Counted from the first letter of the stretch, positions 52,423 through 60,420 are shown. The stretch is 64,000 bases of DNA from Patescibacteria group bacterium (GCA_041665165.1 JBAYJJ010000001.1:7210-71209), one strand, 5' to 3'. Notes: generated by a model not told the origin, from the sequence alone. Made by a program: numbers and translations.

Positions 52423-52492
52423 CTCTCACTCAGCCTTTCAAGGTGCTTTTTGCACCAATCTGCCAGTTGTAATCCATTACTGTTAACGCGTC

Positions 52493-52521
52493 AATATAGC
52501 ACAAAATGAAGGTTTTGTCAA
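52493..52521 (-). promoter_or_regulatory. Near-consensus sigma70 promoter of the lipoprotein gene
   Basis: On the minus strand: TTGACA (52521-52516), an exact 17-nt spacer, then TATATT (52498-52493). The leader is about 65 nt and contains the hairpin GGTGC-AAAAA-GCACC. Confidence 0.6.
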
Positions 52522-52638
52522 CCCTCTATGCCAGAATTTGGCTAATTATACACAACCTATAAAATGTCTATTTTATAACAAAAATTGAGTTTTTGGCTCA
52601 ATCATGCGCATTCTTCTTCCAATGTCTGTTAGCGCTGG

Positions 52639-52667
52639 TTGACAATAAGGCAAAATGGTGTTAAATT
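52639..52667 (+). promoter_or_regulatory. Near-consensus extended -10 promoter with no annotated gene downstream
   Basis: TTGACA (52639-52644), an exact 17-nt spacer ending in TGT, then TAAATT (52662-52667). It is divergent from the lipoprotein promoter. Confidence 0.5.
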
Positions 52668-52673
52668 CGAAAC

Positions 52674-53040
52674 GTCCCTCAAAAGGTACCTGATGAATTC
52701 GGGACATGCTCGTTAGGAGAAGTGTCATGTTGTAACTAGCGCCATTGCAAAATATTTTCCGCCGGATCCACAAGTACAGCTGCGGCTTGGAAAGCGGGTC
52801 CAACTCAATGGAATGACATCTCCCGAAAGGGGGAGGCCATGGACTACATTTTGCTCGATGGACAAAAGATACGGGACGGCAAACGTCCCCGAAAACCGTG
52901 GATGAATCTAGTTCGAGCTCCAGGAAGCCCTCTCGGGGGTTAGCCAGGCTCGCATTGAATATAAGCGCGGAAAAGGCCGTTCACTCGTGCCGACGCGCTC
53001 ACTCCAATTGGTACACTCGTTCATTTTTTCAACCTCAGAG
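52674..53040 (+). ncRNA. Candidate structured non-coding transcript or small-peptide RNA (class unknown)
   Basis: It lies downstream of the orphan promoter and has no ORF of 60 aa or more with coding character. Tetraloop-capped hairpins are TCTCCC-GAAA-GGGGGA (52819-52834) and GGGACG-GCAAA-CGTCCC (52873-52889). The box AAACGTCCC occurs twice (52670, 52881). A T-run lies at 53024-53029. Confidence 0.3.
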
Positions 53041-53050
53041 TTTGACGAAC

Positions 53051-53076
53051 AAAAATAAATCCCGGCCCTCCGGGAT
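53051..53076 (-). terminator. Rho-independent terminator of the TrmB/GT4 operon
   Basis: 7-bp stem ATCCCGG/CCGGGAT (53059-53076) with a 4-nt loop. On the minus strand it is followed by TTATTTTT. Confidence 0.65.
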
Positions 53077-53120
53077 CTGTCCTCAAGCGCCTACATGCGC
53101 ACCCTGCGCAACCAGGCGCT

Positions 53121-53894
53121 TTATTTGTTTTCCGATTCAATTGGTTTTGCAATTCTCCAGGCAGATTCAAACATTGCCCTCAATAAATTGTATATTTCTT
53201 TGCTTTCAATCAAAAATATGATTGGCTTAGCTTTCATTACATCAAGCGTTACTTTGTTTCCGTCAAAAAAAATCACTTCGCCTGTAAAAGGAAACTCGGC
53301 ATATGGGATTTCGCGCGTGGGAAAGTTCTTAAAATTGACCCAAGGGAGCTTAGAGCCTTGTTTTATGGCGACTATATTCCTTCCTCTGAGATTATTGTTC
53401 AATTCTATTCTTCTTTGTTCATCAACCCTGATTGAATACGCTTCGGCCGTTTCATCAATAGCTAAAAAACAAAGCATTTCATCTTTTGTCTGCGCATACA
53501 TTTCGCGAACTGTCTTGAACCCCTCATCACCCTCAAAAAACCTGATGGCTGGCTTTTCCTGAGACGAGGAATTGAAAAGCGCCATGAAATTCGGCATTAT
53601 GTTGGCCAAGCGATCTTCTTTTTCCTGAGCCGCGTGCAATTCCGTATCTGCCAAGCGCTTTAATTTGTCTGGTGACTCTGCGACAAATACCGTCTTCCTG
53701 CCCTTTTCATAAGTTGACATCAATCCCCTCTTTTTCAAGGCTTCTATCATCACATATGTTGTCGCGCGATTCACGCCGGCTTTTTTCGCGATGTCCTGGA
53801 CGCTAGCCGGGCCAAGCTCCAACATGGACAAATAAACTTTGGACTCTTTGTCCGAAAGTCCATACTCAGCCAGGATGTCGATTAATTCTTTCAT
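53121..53894 (-). CDS. TrmB-family transcriptional regulator
   Basis: 257 aa. The N-terminal winged helix is LSDKESKVYLSMLELGPASVQDIAKKAGVNRATTYVMIEALKKRGL, followed by a C-terminal effector-type domain. Confidence 0.7.
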   Translation of the reverse strand: MKELIDILAEYGLSDKESKVYLSMLELGPASVQDIAKKAGVNRATTYVMIEALKKRGLMSTYEKGRKTVFVAESPDKLKRLADTELHAAQEKEDRLANIMPNFMALFNSSSQEKPAIRFFEGDEGFKTVREMYAQTKDEMLCFLAIDETAEAYSIRVDEQRRIELNNNLRGRNIVAIKQGSKLPWVNFKNFPTREIPYAEFPFTGEVIFFDGNKVTLDVMKAKPIIFLIESKEIYNLLRAMFESAWRIAKPIESENK

Positions 53895-53903
53895 ATGTTT
53901 AGA

Positions 53904-55034
53904 TTAATTCCATGTTGTTAAAACAGGCAAAGTTTTTTGGGCCGTATTTTTCCAAGTAAAGATTGCGGCACGACTCAACCCGGCAGTCCGTAATTTCTGG
54001 CGCAATTCAGGTTCGCTTAAAATGCGATTCATGCAATTGGCCATTGGTTCAAGCTGGTCTGGCGGAAAAAACAAACCTGCATCCGGCCCGATTACTTCGG
54101 GCAAAGATGCGGCGTTGGATGATAATACTGGACAGCCGCAAGCCATGGCTTGCACTGGCGGAATGCCAAAACCCTCATACCAAGATGGATGGATGAGCGC
54201 TTCAGCCGCATTGATCAAAGCCGGCAAATCAACCTCAGGCACATAGCCGAGCTGGATGATATCCTGCTTCACAGGCGATGTCTCAATTTCTTTTTTGATT
54301 TCTTCGTATCTGAAACCAGGGTTACCGATCAAGACCAGTTTGACTGGATCGCCAATGCCGCGCCGCGCTTTGAGCAGATTGAATGCGCGCACCAAGTTCA
54401 CGATATTTTTTTTGGCTTCCAAGCGGCCGATGCACAAAAAATAAGGCTTGGGCACTTGGTAGCGCCTGAGCTTATCCTCTATCTCAAACATGTCTGCGAT
54501 CGGGCGGTACACATCATGGTCAACTCCATTGTAGGTGATAGCAATGCGAGAAGGATCGATCCCATAGGCCTGGGAGATTTCGCGGCCGGAAAATTCTGAG
54601 ACTGTGATGATCCTGGCTGCGCGCTTGGCAATATCCTTAGTGCTCCATTCATGGAAAGCTTTGTCGCGCGGTTTGTACAGCGCTGGAAATTTATGGAAAC
54701 CAATGTCATGGACAGTGACCACGGATTTTTTCGGACACACGCGCGGCAGAACATGGGCTGGCACGAAAAATACTTCAGTCGGCCTGCGCCACAGTTCCCA
54801 CGAGAGCCTGACCTGGGTCCAGCCTTTGCCTACTGGCCAGTGCGCGCGCACTTCATACCAAGCCTCAGGCAATTTTTCCAAGCCGTTTTTGAGCATTTCA
54901 TTGGTATACAAAACCCAAGAATTGCCATCCCCTGGTGTAATCTTTTTCAATTCCTGGATCAAGTGCCAAGAATACCATTCCACCCCGGTCTTATTGCTTT
55001 TGTTGGCGCGTGAAGCATCAATGCCGATTAACAT
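53904..55034 (-). CDS. GT4 glycosyltransferase (mannosyltransferase-like)
   Basis: 376 aa. MLIGIDASRANKSNKTGVEWYSWHL and ...HPSWYEGFGIPPVQAMACGCPVLSSNAASLPE (EX7E). Confidence 0.8.
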   Translation of the reverse strand: MLIGIDASRANKSNKTGVEWYSWHLIQELKKITPGDGNSWVLYTNEMLKNGLEKLPEAWYEVRAHWPVGKGWTQVRLSWELWRRPTEVFFVPAHVLPRVCPKKSVVTVHDIGFHKFPALYKPRDKAFHEWSTKDIAKRAARIITVSEFSGREISQAYGIDPSRIAITYNGVDHDVYRPIADMFEIEDKLRRYQVPKPYFLCIGRLEAKKNIVNLVRAFNLLKARRGIGDPVKLVLIGNPGFRYEEIKKEIETSPVKQDIIQLGYVPEVDLPALINAAEALIHPSWYEGFGIPPVQAMACGCPVLSSNAASLPEVIGPDAGLFFPPDQLEPMANCMNRILSEPELRQKLRTAGLSRAAIFTWKNTAQKTLPVLTTWN

Positions 55035-55126
55035 GTCAACATTATAACATACCCCCTCTATCCGTCCCTCTATTTACTATACTGCGGGACTGCCTTTCCC
55101 CCCGCCGCAGGGGAAAGGCTGGTTAA

Positions 55127-55155
55127 CCAGAGGCGGCTAGTTGGTTCCCCTCCTC
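55127..55155 (+). repeat. Repeat family A, terminal fragment (copy 4)
   Basis: CCAGAGGCGGCTAGTTGGTTCCCCTCCTC matches the outer end of copies 1-3. It is flanked by the hairpins CCTTTCCCC..GGGGAAAGG and CCTCCTC-AACT-GAGGAG. Confidence 0.55.
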
Positions 55156-55217
55156 AACTGAGGAGCGGGCTAGGGGTGGTCGATACTAAAAAAGCTCATC
55201 AACTGATGAGCTCGAGA

Positions 55218-56015
55218 CTAGGATTTGACCGTGATGTAGCCGTGCGGCTTGAGCCAGCGTTCGGTCACGATTGCGTGATTGATGAGGCCGATGATGCCGC
55301 CGGCCAGCGCGCCAATGATGGCATGGTGTGCCATGTAACCAATGGCCGTGCCAAGCATGGCATCCACTCCGCAGATCAAACGCTTCTCCGAATGGATGCG
55401 GATGAACATCTGCCAGGCAAAGCGTTTGCAGAAACGGGCGAGCCCACCCACGGCCCAGGCTATGCTCATGCAAATAGCAATGGCTGCGCCAGGCAATTTG
55501 CGAGCAAACCAGACCAGTGCGCGCGGAATGTGCCAAAAAACCACGACCGGAGGGAAAGTGGCAATTGCGATTTTCCGTACCTTGGGCCAATCATCTTTCA
55601 TGTCCTCATGGACTGTGCTCACAAACAACATCACTGTGAAGATGCACGCGGAAATGGAGAAGGGCAAGATGATGAGGACCTTGAATAAGGGCGACGTATA
55701 TGAAAGGGGCAGTGACTTGAAAATCATTTCAGATGCACACAGGATGGACACCCAAAACATAAAGTTCCAAGTCAAGACGCCCAGCCCAAATGATATCGCG
55801 AAGCCAGGTCTTGGCAGACGGGCTTTTATTGCTGCGCGGAAAGCGTGCGGCACAGCTTGGACCACAGCCTTCCACTCGTATGAGAGATAGCCGACGATTC
55901 CGCCGACCAGCAAACCCACCCACCAGAACCAGTGGCTGAGCTGGAGCGCGACAAGCGACCCGATCCCGGCGCCGAATGCACAAGCCAAAAACACCTTCCA
56001 AGACTCTTTCTGCAT
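55218..56015 (-). CDS. Multi-pass membrane protein of unknown function
   Basis: 265 aa with about 7 hydrophobic segments. The ribosome-binding site AAGGAGGA lies 6 nt upstream of the ATG. No family was recognised. Confidence 0.6.
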   Translation of the reverse strand: MQKESWKVFLACAFGAGIGSLVALQLSHWFWWVGLLVGGIVGYLSYEWKAVVQAVPHAFRAAIKARLPRPGFAISFGLGVLTWNFMFWVSILCASEMIFKSLPLSYTSPLFKVLIILPFSISACIFTVMLFVSTVHEDMKDDWPKVRKIAIATFPPVVVFWHIPRALVWFARKLPGAAIAICMSIAWAVGGLARFCKRFAWQMFIRIHSEKRLICGVDAMLGTAIGYMAHHAIIGALAGGIIGLINHAIVTERWLKPHGYITVKS

Positions 56016-56100
56016 GGCGATCCTCCTTGAGTTGTAGGTACGAAATCAGGAGTATTTAGACTGAAAACAGAAGGGAAGTCAAGTCTGAAACCTGTCCCCA

Positions 56101-56243
56101 CCACAGGCTGCTAGCTAGTTCCACTCCTTTTGTCATCTCGACTGCAGCGGAGCGAAATGGAGAGATCTCGGAAACAGAAGTTACCTGGCCACGTTAGATT
56201 CGGAGATTTCTCGATTACGTCTGACTTCACTCGAAAAGACAGG
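56101..56243 (+). repeat. Repeat family A, copy 3
   Basis: CCACAGGCTGCTAGCTAGTTCC...TTTTGTCATCTCGAC...GAGAGATCTCGGAAACAGAAGTTACCTGGCCACGTTAGATTCGGAGATTTCTCGAT...CACTCGAAAAGACAGG is colinear with the reverse complement of copy 2. Confidence 0.75.
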
Positions 56244-56254
56244 AATGAGGGGCT

Positions 56255-57262
56255 CTATGAATTTCCAAGTATGCTTCTCTTGTAGGACTCGAGGTTCTCA
56301 AGCGCAATGCCTGTGCCTTTGGCCACGCAATATTGGGGCTCATCAGCTACGAAGGCTGGGATGCCTGTGGCCTCGGAAACAATGCGATCAAGATTCCTAA
56401 GTTGAGCTGAGCCACCAGAGAGCACCACGCCCTTTTCCATGACATCAGCCGAAAGCTCTGGCGGCGTGTTGCGCAAAACTTCTTTCATGGTATCGATAAT
56501 GCCTTGGAGCTCATGCTGGATGGCGTCTGTAATATCATCGGAATTGATGCCGACTGTGCGCGGCAAACCAGTGATCATGTCGCGGCCCTTCACATCCATT
56601 TCCAGTTTGTTCTCCAAATACAAGGCTGAGCCGATGCGGATCTTGGCATCTTCAGATGTGCGTTCGCCAATGGCCAAACCATACTTGCGGCGCACATGCT
56701 CTTGGATGGCCAAGTCCATTTTATTGCCTCCAATCCTGACTGAGGCTGAAGAGACAATGCCGCCCAAAGAAATCACAGCGATTTCTGATGTGCCGCCGCC
56801 AATATCTGTAATCATGTGGCCGGACGGTGATCCGATCGGTATATCAGCGCCAATAGCTGCGACGATTGGTTCTTTGATGATATAGGCTGCGCGCGCTCCA
56901 GCCGCGATGGTCGCGTCAATGACAGCGCGGCGTTCAGTTGATGTGATGCCGCCTGGCACTGCGACCATGACCTCGGGGCGGAAAAACCTGACACTGCCCA
57001 AAGCCTTGTTAAGAAAATACCGAAGCATGGCCTCGGTGGTGTGATAGTCGGCGATTACTCCGTCTTTGAGCGGGCGGCGTGCGACAATAGTGTCTGGCGT
57101 GCGCCCAAGCATGTCTTTTGCTTCCTTGCCCACGGCCAGCACGCGCTTGTCAGCCAAAGATATGGCAACAACCGAGGGCTCGTTCATCACAATGCCCTTT
57201 TTCGGGATATAGACCAAAACGGTCGTTGTCCCCAGGTCAATCGCCACCTTTTTGCCAAACAT
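56255..57262 (-). CDS. mreB: Rod shape-determining actin homologue MreB
   Basis: 335 aa. VAIDLGTTTVLVY, NEPSVVA, VMVAVPGGITSTERRAV, ITDIGGGTSEIAVISLGGIV and VLSGGSAQLRNLD form the canonical MreB motif series. Confidence 0.9.
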   Translation of the reverse strand: MFGKKVAIDLGTTTVLVYIPKKGIVMNEPSVVAISLADKRVLAVGKEAKDMLGRTPDTIVARRPLKDGVIADYHTTEAMLRYFLNKALGSVRFFRPEVMVAVPGGITSTERRAVIDATIAAGARAAYIIKEPIVAAIGADIPIGSPSGHMITDIGGGTSEIAVISLGGIVSSASVRIGGNKMDLAIQEHVRRKYGLAIGERTSEDAKIRIGSALYLENKLEMDVKGRDMITGLPRTVGINSDDITDAIQHELQGIIDTMKEVLRNTPPELSADVMEKGVVLSGGSAQLRNLDRIVSEATGIPAFVADEPQYCVAKGTGIALENLESYKRSILGNS

Positions 57263-57317
57263 AACGGCCTCATCTCACCATCTAAACAACCGCCTGGCAA
57301 GACGCTTTATTAACACA

Positions 57318-57428
57318 GAAAACCCTTGGCCCCTTTCTCAAGGGGCTGTGACCCTGCATGTTAAAACTTTATTGATTAGCCAGTACGTAAAAATCTCCTT
57401 GTGAAAGGAGAAGCGAAGAGGTTTTCCG
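57318..57428 (+). repeat. Repeat family B, copy 1
   Basis: GAAAACCC..GCCCCTTTCTCAAGGGGC...GTACGTAAAAATCTCCTTGTGAAAGGAGAAGCGAAGAGGTTTTCCG. It is a direct repeat of 58228-58313 with a ~27-nt indel. Confidence 0.75.
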
Positions 57429-57509
57429 AGTCTTGCGTATTAAAATAACCCCGCAGTTGACGCAAATCCAAGTTTCGGATTTTTGCATCAAACGGGGGTG
57501 AGAGAATGC

Positions 57510-58094
57510 CTAGGCCGCGAGCTCTTCCTCTTTGCGGACACAGAGGAACCGGTCGTTGCCATGCCAGTCACTGTCGAACCAAACCAGGCGGAGGCGCTGG
57601 CCAGCGCCATCGCTCCACAGACACGCGACATTGCGGTGACCGTCAACGTCCGTCTCGGAGCCGAGAGCGACCATCGGAAACTTTATCTTTTCCTCGGGGT
57701 ACTTGGCATCAAGTGCGAGAAGCTCCTCGGGCAGTGCGGACCGGAGACCGCGCTTATCAATCTCAGCCAGCACTTCCTCATAGGATGCGTTACGATTCAT
57801 GCAGACGTACTCGAACTCAACTTCGCGCGTCTCTCGGATGACATTCTCACAGGCCTTGATAGGTTTGAAAGCGATGCCGTCATAGGCCTGGTTGACGTAG
57901 TCCGGGAACCGGCGCTTCAGCTCGTCCATAGCCGGAATGGCGTAGACGACCAAGGCGACGAACTTTTCGGGTTGCCCTACATCCTCCAGCGCAATCCTCT
58001 TGGTTCGGCTGAGTACAGCATCTACTGCTGTCTCACCGCCGATCATATTGAAAACTGCTTCTACCTGACCAAGCGTATACTTTCCATACTTCAT
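57510..58094 (-). CDS. Hypothetical protein (G+C-rich single gene between direct repeats)
   Basis: 194 aa. The ribosome-binding site AAGGAG lies 6 nt upstream of the ATG, and the gene has its own consensus promoter. A hand count on 57541-57600 gives 38/60 G+C. No family was recognised (C-terminal ...WFDSDWHGNDRFLCVRK). Confidence 0.6.
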   Translation of the reverse strand: MKYGKYTLGQVEAVFNMIGGETAVDAVLSRTKRIALEDVGQPEKFVALVVYAIPAMDELKRRFPDYVNQAYDGIAFKPIKACENVIRETREVEFEYVCMNRNASYEEVLAEIDKRGLRSALPEELLALDAKYPEEKIKFPMVALGSETDVDGHRNVACLWSDGAGQRLRLVWFDSDWHGNDRFLCVRKEEELAA

Positions 58095-58182
58095 GGCGCG
58101 CTCCTTTTGGGCTGAAAGCCCATCCGGTCTTTACCCTTGCCCGGGGTCCAGGGCTCTCGACATAGGTGTAAAGAGCAGTGTT

Positions 58183-58211
58183 TGTATAGCAAAAAAAGGA
58201 CGGGGTGTCAA
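58183..58211 (-). promoter_or_regulatory. Sigma70-type promoter of the 57510-58094 gene
   Basis: On the minus strand: TTGACA (58211-58206), an exact 17-nt spacer, then TATACA (58188-58183). Confidence 0.55.
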
Positions 58212-58227
58212 GTGTAGCTATACCCCC

Positions 58228-58313
58228 GAAAACCCCGCAAGCCCCTTTCTCAAGGGGCAGCTTACTTGTACGTTAAAGTCTCCTTGAGAAAGGAGAAGCG
58301 AAGAGGTTTTCCG
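58228..58313 (+). repeat. Repeat family B, copy 2
   Basis: GAAAACCCCGCAAGCCCCTTTCTCAAGGGGCAGCTTACTTGTACGTTAAAGTCTCCTTGAGAAAGGAGAAGCGAAGAGGTTTTCCG. Confidence 0.75.
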
Positions 58314-58317
58314 TTTT

Positions 58318-60420
58318 CTAGTACTGCACTTCAAACATTCTGTCTTCCAGCGTATCAATTCTATATTCGTAGGCGTTATCTCCCCACTTGGCTTCTGCTT
58401 CGGCTGGGTCTGCTTTTTTGACTGTTGTCGGTAAAATTATTTTGACATCAATCTGAGTGTTGTCTGCGCCCGGTTGCTTGGGCCAATCAAGACGATAGTC
58501 GCCGCTCGTAACGTCCAGCGGCGGAAGTTGATAGGTAAAAGATAATTGACCGCTTTTGCCTGGTTCTATGGCCCAAAAAGCACCGTAGACTGTTTTGCCC
58601 AGCTCTTTCATGACATCTACTTTGCCTGCGACGAAGTTGCCGCCCGTGTTATGCAAATCATCGGCCATGGCGCCTTTGGCTGAAACAAAGGTGCTGCCAT
58701 CAGGTACATAAATGCGTGTGTAACTGCGATAGCGCGTATATCTCCAAGTGGATTGCTTGTTTGTATTCTTATAATTGAATGTGACGGTCGCTACTGGCTT
58801 TTGCGGATCGCGCGCATCCAAAACATATGAGACTGACTTTTGCATTACGCCATCAGTCTTAAGCGCCGCGAGATTCGCATCCACCACCCACAAGAAATCA
58901 CCAAGCGTTGGCTTAGCGCGCCCGCTCCAGCCATATTGATCCAGTTTTTTCTCAACATCCGCATTGCGCGAGTAGATGAGAATCTGCTTGCGGTTCAATG
59001 ACGTGGTCACAAGATCCAATAGCTCTGGCCAGCGCGACTTGGGCATATTTTGGATTTTGGCCATTATGGCCTGACCCACTTCGCCCATAAGCACCTTCCT
59101 ATCTTCGACTGAAATGCCTTGCTTGCCAAAACCGATTTCTACCTGATACTGCAAAGTATCAAAAAAGTTCTGGTCATTATATTCCTGGCCGCGGACATTT
59201 ACCGGCCCGGTTATCTTGAGTAGGGCTTCAAAAAACGCCGGCTCAAAAGCAACATAAACCGTTGGCTCAGAAATCTTGTTTCCAGCCAAGATGTTTTCTC
59301 TGGTATAAAAATCCAATACTTTATCGGCTGAAGTCGGGAAATCCGGCGACCAATTCGCATCGCGCATAAACCAAACTTTTGCCTTGAGATAATCCTGCAA
59401 AGGTTTCGGCGGAATTTCTTTCCAAGTTTGCGCTACTGGATTATCAACTTGATACACATCTGAAAAAACCATGTTCGTCATGTCCCCGCCTGTAACCTTG
59501 GCCGTGAACAAACTTCCGATAAAACCGCCCGAAGGGCGAATCTCGTCCGCATTCTGCAAAGCCACAAGATAATCTTGAGCATCTGGATAGCCAGCCAAAG
59601 GCACCATGACGTCGATCAAAGGAACGGCCTGGGTCAATGATTTTTGCATCACTGGCAAAGCATCAGCCAGTGGTTTCAAAGCTTGCTTGATGGGACCGGC
59701 GATCTGATTTTGCGGCAAAGCATTCCACAACCTGTAGGCCAAATCCATTTTGTCCCTGGCAAGCCTGATGTCTGGCAATGAATTGTATAAAACCCGAAGC
59801 AAGCTTAGTTTATTTTCCGGAGTCAGATCTTTCAGCCTGTCGCTGGGCGAAATCGGCACGCCGAGGCTATTGACTGCCTGCTGGCCAGTTGAAGCTGCAT
59901 CAAAAATCGCTGAAGCGACCTTAAGCAAATCCTCCATGCCTTCCATTGAATCCGCACTCACGACCGAGGCATCCTGCAGAATGCGCAACTGCGACCCTAT
60001 ATATGGGACATCTCTCCAAAAGCCCATGCCATTCAAAGCGACCTCCATGTTATTGAGTTCAAGTTTTGCCTTGGCCGAATACGCTTGGGCAGTGGCCATG
60101 TCCCCGGCCAGCAAAGCTGTCTGCATGTTAGAAAGCGCGACTCGGGCATTGTTGGCTGCCAAGCCAGCTTTAGCCAAAGCTATTCCCGGAGGCACGGTTG
60201 CAATCCCCAGCGCTATCACTAAAAACGCGACCACTATCCAAAAAAGCTTACGCTTCTTCCGCGGATTCGTAGCTCGTAGCTCGTAGCTCGTAGCTCGGTC
60301 TTTGTTTGTCGGCTGTGGTCTGTCGTCTGTGGTCTTAGTGTCGCGAAAAGCGTCCGCTTTGTGTGGCGGTTCGAGCTCGGGCACTCCCGGGCAAGTTAAA
60401 AAATTTGGATGCTCTTTCAT
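58318..60420 (-). CDS. DUF4012-type membrane-anchored protein
   Basis: The ATG at 60420 overlaps the upstream TAA by 1 nt (TAATG); the track start at 60540 overlaps 120 nt. It has one TM segment (LFWIVVAFLVIALGIATV) and then ...AKAGLAANNARVALSNMQTALLAGDMATAQAY..., typical of DUF4012. The N-terminal tail is encoded by a heptamer array. Confidence 0.7.
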   Translation of the reverse strand: MKEHPNFLTCPGVPELEPPHKADAFRDTKTTDDRPQPTNKDRATSYELRATNPRKKRKLFWIVVAFLVIALGIATVPPGIALAKAGLAANNARVALSNMQTALLAGDMATAQAYSAKAKLELNNMEVALNGMGFWRDVPYIGSQLRILQDASVVSADSMEGMEDLLKVASAIFDAASTGQQAVNSLGVPISPSDRLKDLTPENKLSLLRVLYNSLPDIRLARDKMDLAYRLWNALPQNQIAGPIKQALKPLADALPVMQKSLTQAVPLIDVMVPLAGYPDAQDYLVALQNADEIRPSGGFIGSLFTAKVTGGDMTNMVFSDVYQVDNPVAQTWKEIPPKPLQDYLKAKVWFMRDANWSPDFPTSADKVLDFYTRENILAGNKISEPTVYVAFEPAFFEALLKITGPVNVRGQEYNDQNFFDTLQYQVEIGFGKQGISVEDRKVLMGEVGQAIMAKIQNMPKSRWPELLDLVTTSLNRKQILIYSRNADVEKKLDQYGWSGRAKPTLGDFLWVVDANLAALKTDGVMQKSVSYVLDARDPQKPVATVTFNYKNTNKQSTWRYTRYRSYTRIYVPDGSTFVSAKGAMADDLHNTGGNFVAGKVDVMKELGKTVYGAFWAIEPGKSGQLSFTYQLPPLDVTSGDYRLDWPKQPGADNTQIDVKIILPTTVKKADPAEAEAKWGDNAYEYRIDTLEDRMFEVQY
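60267..60336. repeat. Heptamer array, 10 units, inside the DUF4012 coding sequence
   Basis: TCGTAGC x4 (perfect), then TCGGTCT TTGTTTG TCGGCTG TGGTCTG TCGTCTG TGGTCTT. On the coding strand the first block is (AGCTACG)n, the same unit as at 34138. It encodes ...TTDDRPQPTNKDRATSYELRATN.... Confidence 0.85.

Noticed and set aside
47757-52429. Many long ORFs in several frames on both strands in this region (for example 47960-48787 minus, 48323-49417 plus, 50614-51834 plus, 50628-51470 minus, 51690-52394 minus).
   Set aside because: They overlap the two Gly-rich protein genes in G+C-rich, stop-poor repetitive DNA. Their translations are Arg/Pro/Trp-rich nonsense without signal peptides or motifs, whereas the chosen frames have a ribosome-binding site, a signal peptide or lipobox, and recognisable repeats.
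47690-52521. The G+C-rich island as an assembly chimera from a different organism.
   Set aside because: This is not excluded without reads, but I judge it less likely. The same family-A repeat occurs inside the island and in the flanking low-G+C DNA, and the island genes use the same TTGACA-17-TAnnnT promoter style as the rest of the window.
52423-53120. Whether the 700-bp gap encodes RNase P RNA, tmRNA or SRP RNA. GGAAAGCGGGTCCA resembles the RNase P CR-I box, and GGATGAATC resembles another conserved RNase P box.
   Set aside because: The complementary P4 strand (GGACCCGC or ACCCGCTT) is absent downstream. There is no GGGG...CCA tRNA-like ends, no credible tag reading frame, and no SRP domain IV motif.
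52573-53221. Track ORFs 52573-52803 (minus, 76 aa) and 52898-53221 (plus, 107 aa) in the gap.
   Set aside because: Neither has a ribosome-binding site. Their composition is odd (Cys/Arg/Ser-rich). The second runs into the TrmB gene on the opposite strand, and the first lies across the orphan plus-strand promoter.
57318-58313. Interpreting the family-B repeats as integron attC sites.
   Set aside because: No integron integrase or attI is visible, and the enclosed gene carries its own promoter, unlike typical cassettes. The repeat copy at 31966 has the opposite orientation relative to its gene. It is kept only as a generic cassette or mobile-repeat hypothesis.
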